Origin: Azolla caroliniana
Lineage: Eukaryota; Plantae; Polypodiophyta
DNA length: 64,000 bases
Assembly (NCBI GenBank): GCA_043228905.1
Contig: JBHGNT010000002.1
Location: 27,900,001-27,964,000 of the forward strand
Reading direction: 5' to 3'
Under the pieces are notes generated by a model. The model was not told the origin of the DNA. It saw only the letters and a program-made list of their open reading frames with translations, and searched no databases. The translations under genes and the position numbers were made by a program. Below, in pieces: positions 24,585 through 36,800 of this stretch; position 1 is the first letter of the stretch, and every line of letters begins with the position of its first letter.

Positions 24585-27500
24585 TTGTTTCCGCTTATCA
24601 TTATTTCTCCCAAAAATTGTTTGATGTTTCAACATTCTTGGGATTCTGGTTGTATACCTCAAGCTTGGAAGGTTGGTCCAATTAAATTAGTTCCAAAGGT
24701 GGCGTCTCTCAAGTCATTTCATCAATGGAGACGACCTATTTCTTTGATGGGGGGGGGGGGGGGGGGGGGGGGGTTGTATAAGATATTTACAAAGGTCTTG
24801 GCAAATAGATTGTAACAAAAGTATTTGCCAAAGTTGATACATCCCGCCCAATATGGTTTTATTGCAGGTAGGAATATATTACATAATGCGTTGAATGTTC
24901 AAATGACCATGGATTATGCACGAAACACTCATCAAGTATTGATTATGGTGCTATTAGATTTGGAGAAAGCTTATGATCATGTTAATTGGTCCTTTGTTTC
25001 TGGTTTAATGCATACGATAGGCTTTGGACCTCGTATGTCTTACCTCATATTTTTATTAGGACAAGATGCGGTGTCTCAAGTAATGCTCAATGGGGGAGTT
25101 ACATTAGATATTGCCCTCACAAGATCCGTTCATCAAGGATGCCCACTTAGCCCAATGTTGTTTGCTATTGTTACTCATCCCATGTTAGTGATGCTATCAA
25201 GGCTTGCAACAAATGGTGACATTGTGGGTTTACACCTTCCGTCTAGAGGGCAACTAGTAGCACAAGCTTTGGTTGATGATTCGGTCATGTTTCTACAAGC
25301 CTCACAAGAGAATCTTGAGAAGGGAATGTTTGTATGCAACCAATTTGCATTGGCTTTTGGATTACATATAAATTGGTGGAAGACTAGTCTAATATCATGT
25401 ACTGAAAGGGATTTGGAATGTTTAGGATGGCAACGATCCGTAGTGAAGAAAGACTCTATTTTTCGACACTTGGGCTATCCATTAGGAATGGATGTTACAA
25501 ATGGTCAATTGATTAAATGGATGTCTAGTAAGTTGAGGGATAAGTTCATGTATTTAAGTCACAATCTTAACCATTTCATGTACGCTTGAAGGTTGTACAA
25601 TGTATTACGGAACCCATGATATTATATTACTTGCCATTGTTACCATGGCCAAAGAAGGTTTTGCATTCTAGTTTGCAACCTCTTTGATATTTGTTGTGGA
25701 AGAAGAGGGATAATATGGGAATCACATGGGTTGCGTGGAATCTTCTAGCAACCCCTAAGAGTTTGGGGGGAGCTGGAATATTGAACTTATCTATGTATAT
25801 GATGGCTCATAGATTTTCATTATTGCAAGACATGTGTTCAAACTCACAACCATGGATATCTATTGTTCAATATTTCATTGAGAACAAGGGTTTAACACAT
25901 AGGAGGACAATGATTAAGGCTTCATGGTGGTAATAATTAAATGGATGTATTTCACTAAGGATTTCGGGCTCTTCATGTGTTCACCACTTGGTTACCTCAT
26001 GGCAATAAATTTACCCATTGTTTCATGCCTTTATTTGTGGAAGAATCTTCATCAATTGATGATCAAGCTTTATCGATAATACTCCCAGGCTCTTCGTGTG
26101 TTCAACACTTCGTTACTTCATGGCAAGAAGCACTCTTGTTATGTGTATGGAAACCATCATCTAGTAGAGAGCATTGTAATTCTTTGGACAAAGAGTTACT
26201 TGTGTCTTCTCAGTTATTATGTTGGCCAAGAAAGGAGAGATTACACTCTCAATTTAATCGTTTGTTTCGTTTGGGGGTCAAAGAGGTGGGAGATATAGTT
26301 GAGGCTTCATCTCAAAGAATTTTAGAGTTTGTTGAAGCACGACAATTATTCCGCATCCCGCCTAATTATGGGTTTATTTGGTAACAACTACAAAATATTG
26401 CATTAATGCAAGGTCCCTTACATTTACAAATAGGAGAACAATTGTGCATTGATTGGTGTTTACAGGGTCAAAAGCCATTGTTACAAGTGAATACTAATCT
26501 TTTGTATCATTGCTCTGTTGAGTCTCTTGGATGGCTACTAAAGGCTGAAAAGAATGGAAAATACACAAATCTAATCATGGGTTGTAATAGATCTTACAAC
26601 GTAGTTGGTATTCTAAATTGCCACTTGTAGCAAGTGTCTTCCATTGGAGAGTTCTGATTGGAGGATTGCCTTTGGGATTAGCTCTAAAGCATCGTGGACT
26701 AGCAATGGTGTCGTGGATATCTGCGGCTTGCGGGTTGGCTCGGGAAGGACCACCAGGGTTTCAAACCAAGGAGCCTAAGGACAAGCAACTATCAAGCTTG
26801 TAGTGGCCTATCCGGCCTGGTTACCAGATGCCAGATGTCAGATGCTAAGCACACGGGCTTGTAGAACCATGTCCAATGTGGCACTCCTACCGGATTTCGA
26901 ATGTCGAGCACACATGCTCACATGAATGAGTAGGAAGCGCAGAACAGAGAAGGGAAGAACGATACCTCCCCGAACACCACAGACAAGTTAGGAATAATGG
27001 CATGACTCAGAGAAAGAGCACCCCGAACACAACAATGCCAAAAATAATCGATTAAAACATAGAAGAATACAAGGATGGCCTCAGAGCATAAACATAGCTT
27101 CGAGCTCGGTGTACACGCCCGTGCACACACACACACATGTGAGCCTCTGGTCAGGCGCACACGAGCTTCCTCACACCGCTAAACCGGATCAACAAAACAT
27201 GAAACCTAAACCTCATGAGCACAAACCAACAACACCTTCCCCTTTTTATGTGCATCTGTGCACCCCCTTGTTCACACGTGGTCGACGAGTTTTCTCCTCG
27301 TGGCCGGAATCCTCCACGACAACAGGTAATTGCTTCTTTTGCACTGTTCATATGGAATATAGTACTCATCGATTTATACAATGTTTGATTGCTTGTTAGA
27401 TTTGGAGCCACATTTCTCAAATTTGGCAAGTTTTATCATGGTGTTATTTGACACCTAGACATTGGGTGTTTGCACAATTTACACAAGTTGACCCAAAATC

Positions 27501-27720
27501 AGAGATGGAGATCGTTTTCCTATTTCTGAGATATTGGGGATTGCGTCATAATTGGGACATGTATGTGTAATGCTTTTGTATTCAATGGTAGACATGGAGT
27601 GAAAGCATATCTACGAAAGTTGAAGGGAGTACTAATGTGGCAATTTTCTTTATTGGAGCAAGTGGAAATTCTTTCCTCAATGAAGTGTTCGTCGTGCCTA
27701 TTGGCAATTCAACATGTTCC
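24585..27720 (+). mobile_element. Degenerate L1-like LINE (reverse transcriptase to zf-RVT), interrupted by a solo LTR
   Basis: RPISL, YKIFTKVLANRL, QYGFIAGR, LDLEKAYD, HQGCPLSP, LVDD, HLGYP and CFFC...HRFIQC, with stops and frameshifts. Boundaries approximate. Confidence 0.85.
26709..27321 (-). mobile_element. Solo LTR-like insertion (613 bp) nested in the LINE
   Basis: Perfect 9-bp inverted termini TGTCGTGGA...TCCACGACA; LINE protein HRGLA|TGNCFFC resumes across it; flanks AATGG/ACAGG match only partly. Strand is tentative. Confidence 0.75.
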
Positions 27721-30325
27721 ACTACCTAAGTAGTGGTGTTAGTGGGTGACCATACTCCATTGTCACACCCATTGTAAGTAGTGTTTTTCACACATTTATT
27801 AATATAATTGTGTGTTTTCACCAAGAGAGAGAGAGAGAGAATTGGGTATGGTTAGTAGTCTAACAACTTATCACTGGGATAAGGTAATGGCAATAATAAA
27901 AAAAGATAGAGAGAGAAGATCAATGAGTAATTAGAATTAGAATTAGAATTTTTATTGTCCATAAAGAGGTCAGTTTTGAACTTTGGGACCAGAGTATACA
28001 TGTGTTCTTGATATGTGTCCCCTTCCTAAAAAGTGGTATTCATACATTGAAGCACTTACACTATTTGTTCTCACCTAAGAATATAGCGTTACAAAATTAA
28101 GGTTGACACTCTTTGAAACCTAAATGATGAAAAGGATAGGAGTATTCTTTGAAAGACAATGCTAATATACATCTTTGAAATTATCATTTTCCATGTTGTT
28201 GGGGAGCATGCCTATCATAGCAAAAATGAGAAACCAATGCATGCACTAATATTTTTGCATCAATTTTTGGTTCCGTAAAACCGACCTTTTGACTACACAT
28301 AATTAAGCAAGATGTAGTTTCTTTCTATTAATGAATGAATATCTATCATTTTTTTATTTCTTATAAGAAAACAAAAATCAATGGTAGCATATTTCCTTAA
28401 TCATAACGTTAAGGAACACGTAGTTTCTTCTTTATCAATTAATATCAATCATTTCTTTTTGAAAAGCTGAAATCAATGGTACAATAGAAAACCCTCAACT
28501 TTTCCTTAAATAAGAGAGTCAAGCTACATGCCATAATGCTCGTCCTCACTTGCAACTTTTTCACGTTTTGGTCAATGATGGTTTGTTCGTACAAATAGAT
28601 CATTCAAGCCCAATCTATTATCCTATGCACAATCATGTTGAGTCATTCATTGTGTATCGTCATGCCTAGCTACATGAACGATAATTATACTTCTAGTTAC
28701 TTCTCAAGGATAAAAGGCAATGGTATAGTGGAAAACATATAATGAATCCTAAAATGCCAAACTTGAAAGTACATGCCCATAACACAGTGTGAATTTTAAG
28801 TTCAAACTCTTAACCTTGAATGGGTTATGTTTTGTCATGGTCTAGGCTTTAAATGTTAGATTAATTGGTTTCATTTGGGTCTTAGGTTATCATCTTGCGC
28901 AAAATCACATTGAGGATCATTAATTGTGAATGAATCGATCAATTGTAACTATCCGGCTCCTTTACAGAAAATTAAGGTAGATGTCAAAGCATATGGCATG
29001 CTTTTTTCTACCAACTGGTAGGGGTTCCTCGCCTCGTCTCATAAGGAAAGTGGAGATAAGGAGAGTCTATTACTTTTTGGAATCCCCCCACTTAAAAAAT
29101 TCTCTTATTCAATGAACCTCTTTTTAATGGTTTTTGGCATTCGTTTTACTCACAAATTTTTTTGGTGGTCATGACTCGTAAACTTACGCCTAGATTGCTT
29201 CTTTTACAATTCATTTCTCTAGATGGGAGGTGGCCCTTACCAACATGTTAATGTGCAACTCTTTGAATACCTATAGTGCTAAATTGGCGCAACTGTTCTA
29301 CAATTATGCGATCAATTACACATCCTCATACATTACAATTGACCAATTGACACATTTTCATTAATTATATCAAGTTGGATACAATAATTGGACAGCCTAA
29401 CCCACCAAATGTGCATGTCCCAACACAATAAGCCACTAAATTGTGCAATTGACAACAAATTTCCATGAATAAGCCACCAGATTGCATCTAAATAGACCTA
29501 AATTGATAATGAAGTAGGCATGTTTCTCCACAAGGGACCTCATGTATGTGCCATTAAACCAACCTCATTAGGCAAAATCCAAGATAATGTCTTGGTATTC
29601 ACATTCTACATAGTTGTACACATTTAGAACATCGATGTGTTGCAAGGAACAAGCCATAACTTTTTACAGTCATGAAACTCATCAGCTCAAGACATATCTA
29701 ATATATATAAAATGTAAGTTTACAAACCCATTTTTAACATGCCTATTATGCATATAATGTTAAGTACCTTTGTCCGACATAGATTGGCATTATCCATCAT
29801 GGAATGGTTGATTAATCATACTGTTTCATTTTGCTAAGAACATCTCAGTAATTGTTATATTACTGTACCATTAATACTTAGTATTAACATTAAAACTTGT
29901 TTATGTACACAAATGTTTGCTTAGATTATACTCATATCAGAATGAATATGATAAACTCATATTTTGATCTGACGAGTAAAATAATGAGAAATATTTTACC
30001 ACAACTTAGACAGATCATATCATTCAACCCTTTATCTTTGATTTACTTTCACCGAAAAATATTATACATAAGTTATCTTGCATGAATTTCATTAATACCA
30101 TCCTGGAAAGATAATCTTTCCCCAGTCCTGAGTCGGGTTCTATCTCCCCAATTATGTTTCAAACCATTCTTGTCGGCTTGTATATCCCCAATTATGTTTT
30201 GAACAGTTCTTCTCTGTCATGTTGAGCTTACACACCATCCATGGCCTAAAAGCCCCCTTGATAGCCAAAAGTTGGCTTCCAATTGTTTTGTACAACTGTA
30301 CAAGGCATTTGTTGATAGCTTGATT

Positions 30326-33300
30326 CTATGAGTCGTAGTATAGCCTTCTAATTTGATCGACTTTCGCAGGTATTAGTGTTACAGGGCATCGATTGTACTG
30401 TGCAAACAAAAGGTAGCCATGTTTAAGAATTGTAATCAGAAGACAAAACATTACATACTAAAGCACAATGTAAATACAATACTCATTTGGTTATATGCAT
30501 CATGCAAGAGAACTTAGACTGACCCCATGAATTCTCGCTTACAGATGCATCAGGTTACCTCGTTGATATTGGAAAAAAATACAAATATATAAACATGATT
30601 GTGTTCTGATAAAGCCTGTGCTTTGCAACACTAAGGTCGTCGGTGGGATCAATGCAAAACCACGGATTCTATGAAATTGATATTAGCAACACCAGGATAG
30701 AATTGCCTACCCATCGCAATGGGTCCACGGCAGTATGGATAACTACGGTCAGGACAGTATGGATAACTATGATCAGGACACACACTGTCCATACAAAGTT
30801 ACATTGTTGAAATTGCATAAAAAAAACAAATGTATAAACATGATTGCTTTCTGGTAAAGCTTGTGTTTCACAACATTATGGTGGTGGTGGGATCAGGTCT
30901 CAATCAACTCCATGGTTTGAAGTTCGGGATAATTATATAAATTATATGCATAGTTTGGGTTGAATCCTATTCACTACATGAATGCATTGACCCTCTTGTA
31001 TGGATATATCATTGATGCATTACCCTTCAGATCAATTGTTCTAGGGAAACGCTCTGCACATAGCTTAGGTCAGTTGGGTACTTTGGTCTTAATCTTAATC
31101 GGTTTATTTCAGTTCATTATTATTGCTAAAATTGATGTAAAATCACATGATCAGGAGATAAACTCGTAATATAAAAAAAAACATGTCTTATCATTAAATT
31201 GATAGATCTGACTCGTAATAAAAAGCAGCAGAGAATTTCATTTCATTACTTGTGCAAAAAATATTTCTTACCTGTGAGATGTAAGGAAAAATACAGGGGT
31301 AGCAAAAGACAAATCCTGATGTGGAGATGAGTGCAGGGTTAGTTCGTAGCTTCAAACAAAGTGGACAAATTCTCCTATCTTTTGGCAATGGAATCCCTTT
31401 TTCAGCAACCTTATAGAACAGAAGGAAATATCAAGACATATTTTGTTTCTAAATTTCGTGATTTCAATTCAATAAACAAATGTAAACATCTTAATCTTAC
31501 CTTGGGTGCAGGCGGTGGTGGTGGCGCTGGATATACGGTAGGAGCTGTTACCCTCTCCTCTGCAGACTGATACCACCACTCAATCATCTACAAGATCAAA
31601 ATCACTGTCATGCCTTAGATATCACTTCTGATGTATATTTGTATTATGTGTGTATATGTATACAGGGATATGTGCATGTGGATAGGTATATGTGCATATG
31701 CATACATATACTCAAATTACATGTACACACATTCATATTACATACATACACAAATACACATTACATGCGCAAATGGATATGGATATGGATATGATCCTCG
31801 ACATATTTTACTTTGAAAAGAAAAACTGAAGCAATAAGGCCAGTTTGTGCAAAATCCAATGTATTATATATAGTCTTGAGTGCAAGCCTTTGGAGAGCCT
31901 GCATGCAACATAAAAAGGAAATGTCGTAAACATAGTCATAATTCTTCGTTGAAGGATTGAAATCATCATCAACAACATCTCTAGAAAACCATGCCTGCGC
32001 TAGACGTGGACCTCGAAGCCTTTCGAACTCACGATTCCTTCGTTCTGCAATTTGAGATGAAGCATCCATCTGATGATAAAAATAATAATACAATCAAGTA
32101 ACGAAAAGAAGCACAAATCTATAATTAAGGTTTTGCTAAACTAATTGTCACTCTCTCCAAGATAGTAGCTATTTATGAGCAAAAATCTTTTATATAATCC
32201 TTTCCAGGTCTATTCATCGCATATCCATAGGCCTTGACAGACTCATATATTGTTCAAACAATTTATTAGTCAGCCTCTTGTAGGGTTATGAATTCATTCC
32301 AAAACACACAATATAAAAGCAATAATACCAGCTCTTGACCAGAGGCTCGACAAACTTGCAAACCCATCATCTGTAATGCTGGAGAATAGAAATGAGTTGC
32401 ATCAAGCAGGTAGAGAAGTTGGTATGTAAAACATAAACCTGTCATTATAAAAATGCAAAATTTTTGTATAGAAAAAGAACTGAAGGAAACAAACTTTTGA
32501 GAATCTTGAAATGACAGATTTAGATTAGATTTTGACACATAGTAATACAAATCTCAGAGGGCGTCATTATCTCTTACAAAGTAATATCTTTGTCTTAAGG
32601 GAATGTAATTTTTATATCCTTTAATAGAAAAGAAAAAGCGGCAGTACTTGTCACATTCCATTTGATGTGCAGAATATAAAATTCTAATACTTCCACTGAA
32701 GTAGCCAGCAATACAAATACAAATACAATGAAAACAAATATACACAGGGACTCAAATAGTGGCAGGATATAGATATTCCTAGCATGATATTCAACAAAAA
32801 TTGCTCCTTCAACAAATATTGGGCTTTCTAAGCCATTTGGAAAATTCCCAAAGCATTCTCTCTTAACTGATGAGAACAGTTAATATCTTTCCAGTGATAA
32901 GCCATGTGACAGGATTTCCTTAGCATCTACATGGGCCTCTATTCAAGCATTGACTAATGGAGGTGATGATGCCATGATGCTACCTCAACAACTAATATAG
33001 GATGAATATCACTTATCGTATACATAAAAGGTAATTCATGAGAAACATGATGAGTTGTTAGATGAGCATGATAATGTATGTGTCATACTCAAATATCCAC
33101 GAAGAAGGGTGTGCACATATGTGTGTGTGTTATTTTCACATAGAGAGTTCTTAGTAGTAACCCCCTTCTTAGGAAAGAGTCACATATAAGATGATATGTT
33201 GATTTGGTCCCATAGGTCAAATTTGGTCTCATCATGGACAATAAAACATCTATTCTATTCCTTCCCTTAGGGAAATTAATTCACATACACATTTAAATAA

Positions 33301-35167
33301 ATTACCTTCATGTGCTGAATGAATCCAAGGATATGATTTTACAAGCAGATCCTTCATCTTTTGTTTAAAGGATTGGTTAGAAGTTACTTCCGGTACAACC
33401 ATGATCTCCTGGTTAACATTTTCATCTCCATCAACTTGGTCTATGTCTCCTCTTCCCCACATCGCGGCATGAAGCATGCTTCCTCTCTGAGATTCATAAA
33501 GAGCTTGAACTTTTGCTTTCAAGTAAGGCAGGCCTATCTGAAACAGCATTCATAATATTAAGTTATTGTGACAGTGTTACTATCTTCTTAATTGATCAAA
33601 CGAAATTTTAGCATAACACCAAGATTACCAGAAATAAGAGAGAAAGCAATCTTTGTCTCCTTGTCAAGAACACCTTCCCTGTAGTCTGGCCATCCGGATG
33701 TGTGGATATATTTACAGGTCGTCTTCTTAATCCGTACAGTGACTCTGAGAACGAGGCATCTATATAAAACAAAAAAGAAGCTAGAATGTTAAAAAACCAA
33801 AAGAACGCATAATATAATTCATCACTAAAGAATTAAGAGACTATATGTTCGTGAAATATCATGCAATGAAATCAGCAAAAGAACTAACCAGTTGTTCTGA
33901 GGCTGTGTGCTTCGAGCACAAGCATGAGAAGCCCAAAAGCTTCATCACTATGGTCTAGAACTTTATGGAGGATTGGTCTTCTTTGTGCCAAAACCTACCC
34001 ACATATGTAAATGGTTATGCATTACGTTTAACTGATAGCAAAAACCAATGGAACAAAAATAAACATTATTGTCATCCAGTGGCCACATTAACATGGGTGA
34101 TTACAAGCAAAAAGTGGCAGTTAAGAGTGTAGCAAATGGGGGTAAGATGAAAGTCTGCCCTTCCTTAGCATTTAGGATGACCAATATAAGAAATGCATGT
34201 GAGCATACCCACAAGGAATGTAGGGAAATGTGAACACACATAGGATAAGAGCATGAAATCTCATTAAAGAGGTGAAACGTTACATATACCTATAAATAGA
34301 TGGTGAGGTGGTTATGTATTTAAGATGAACATGACATAAGTGATACCTGATAGATCGAAATATTGGATTCACATTCTGTCTTTTCTTTCTTACACTCCTC
34401 ATTAGTTTTTCATAACTCTAATCCTGCCTTATTGATGGAAATCTTAAATTGTCATATTTAGCTTCACTGTTCTCTATTTAATTTATATTTATGGTAGAAT
34501 GGCTTTCTGGTTTCCTTAATATATGCTTTGCTTAGATATTTTGATATTCATACATTCATAGACCCTGCTCACATGCAAAAGCAAATGCATATAGAGATCT
34601 TCCAACATGCATCCAAATCTCAAATGAAATAAGAACTTACTCCCATAGAATGATCATGTGTGGTTAAAAGCACAAAAAGTGTTTACTTGACCTAGCATTA
34701 TACTCAGCCACATCATTCTCTATCATTGGCCACATTGAGATGTGTGATTAACAACATAAAAAAATGCTGTCTCAAGCTAAAACATTTATTTCCTTTGGAA
34801 ACTATGTGAAATGAACTGGTATCAAGTATAATAAGAACTACCTAGAACTGAAATTAGAAATAACTTGATTTAAATGAGGACTATGTCAATAGAACGGAGG
34901 ATGAGGACTATATCAAATGAAACTAGAACTATCCCAAGTGTAATGAGAACTATCTCAACATAAATCTGAACAAGATAAAGTTTGTATAGTTCTCATTTCA
35001 CTTGGCTTGATATCGTACTCATTTCGTTTGATATTAGAAATACAATGTGAACTTACTCCCATAGAATATAGCAATGCTGCTCGTAAACTTGCTGGCAGCT
35101 GTTGGGCTGCCGACATCTCAAAGAAGGTTGGCCTGCTCCCTTCCATTCCACCTACTTGCATCAACAT
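30326..35167 (-). CDS. PEX12: Peroxisome biogenesis protein 12 (RING peroxin), multi-exon
   Basis: N-terminal RPTFFEMSAAQQLPASLRAAL; exons encoding ASFSESLYGLRRR, GLPYLKAK, FTYQLLYLLDAT, FAQTGLIASVFLFK, MIEWWYQSAEER...PPPPPAPK, CPLC...NPA...SGFVFCYPCIF and RCPVTLIPAKVDQIRRLYYDS*. Confidence 0.93.
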
Positions 35168-36437
35168 TGTGCAAATACTTTTGGTCCGCCTTTGAGTTCT
35201 GGTATTCTTCATTGAACATTTGATTCGTTTTAGCTCATAGGATCCACAAACAGAAAGAAAAACTTCACTAATTACTAATCAATTCAATCAGTTAATAAAA
35301 ACCCCACCTTTTTGTTCCCATTTCGTATCTTCTATCAATTCAATATATTGATGCAAAACTTCCAAAATTCCAATCAATGCAATACATTCATAAAAAAATC
35401 AATGTTGCTTCCATTTCAGATCTTCTATCCTTCACTCTTCATTTGAATTCTAAGCTCATAATATCCGAAAGCAGAAAAAATTCAATTGCTAGTCAACTTG
35501 ATTTCTCAGGATTGTCTTTACACTCGAGGAAATCAGTATTCAATAAGAAAAATGCACCCATGCTCATTGTTTCATTCAAGATGTTGATCTCAGGCATCAT
35601 TCTTGAACGTTTACATAACATGATTGCCATCAAACAGCATCATTTAAGTCATATTGAAAGATTATACGAATGTATCTTGAAATCTTATATGCAGTTCATA
35701 TGACTGTCAACAACAACATATATTTAAAGAATGATTCACACATTAGTTTTTAATAACCCTTGAAATTATTCTTGAAATGTTTCAAAAAATGAAGCTCAGC
35801 AATATGCCCAAGATTACAAAAACACTATATACAATTTATTTATTTATTTATTTAGAAAAAGTTGAATATTCTGGAAAATGCCCCAAAAACAGGGATTTTT
35901 TTGAGATAAAAACTTCAAACGACAAATTAATCAGCATCAAATTCCCTCGGATTTTCAAAAAATAATTACCAGACCTTTATTGTAGCTAAGGTTTGAAAAT
36001 CAAGGGGTATTATTGTAAATTTTTGAAACAGATGGTTATCTGGTACATTTAAAAACAAAACTATATATCTTTAAATAGTACGACGACAAATTCATTATTA
36101 TCGTATCTTTGTATGCCATGAATCCAAGCAAAGATTAAACCCAGGCGTGTATCAATGGAAGAAGAAGAAGAACTCGCCTGTAGAAGAGAGGAAATCGGAA
36201 GAAGGAGGTGGAAGAAACCCCGCAGATTGAAAAACCCCTCCTGTTTTCTCACGTTTGTTTTCTCTGCATTCTTACGCTTAGCATCAAAAAGACCAAAAGC
36301 ATTCTGTCGATCATAGAGATATATATCGATATAAGGAAATCGAATTCATAAATTCGGAATATGCCCCTGTAAAGATTTTCCTTTATTTACCAAAATGCCC
36401 CTGTCCTTGTGTTTTCCGAGTTTGTCCCTAATTGAAA

Positions 36438-36800
36438 GATAGATAGATCGATAGACAAGATTTTATTGTCGTCCTCGGAGGTCAAATATGACCTATGAGA
36501 TCAATATATAACGTTTTCACATTATACATGTGAAAGTGAGTAGCAACTCTCGATATTCAATAACTTTACTAATGAATGTTGCAATTGAGAGTGCACACCA
36601 TGAGGGAGGGTTTGGTTGATTAGCTCGTATATAGTTGACCATGTATTTACTCAAGAATTGGGTGAACGGAGAAGGGTGGGGGGGGAATGCTCTTTGTTGA
36701 CCCTCAAAATATATTGAGCAAAGATTGTGATGGAGTAACCCCCAGCATTGTTGAATTAGCACATCTAATTGCTCGAGAGGGGGTTTGATAAAGAGCTATT
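36438..36800 (-). mobile_element. 3' fragment of a non-LTR retroelement (RTE-like) with a simple-repeat tail; related copies at ~21470-21700 (+), ~27930-28000 (-) and ~33200-33260 (+)
   Basis: Shared tail GGTC(A/C)...GACC(T) hairpin, GACAATAAAA and (TCTA)/(TCTAAT)n; GTGCACTCTCAA...ATTCATTAGTA shared between ~21535 and ~36570-36597. Confidence 0.6.
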
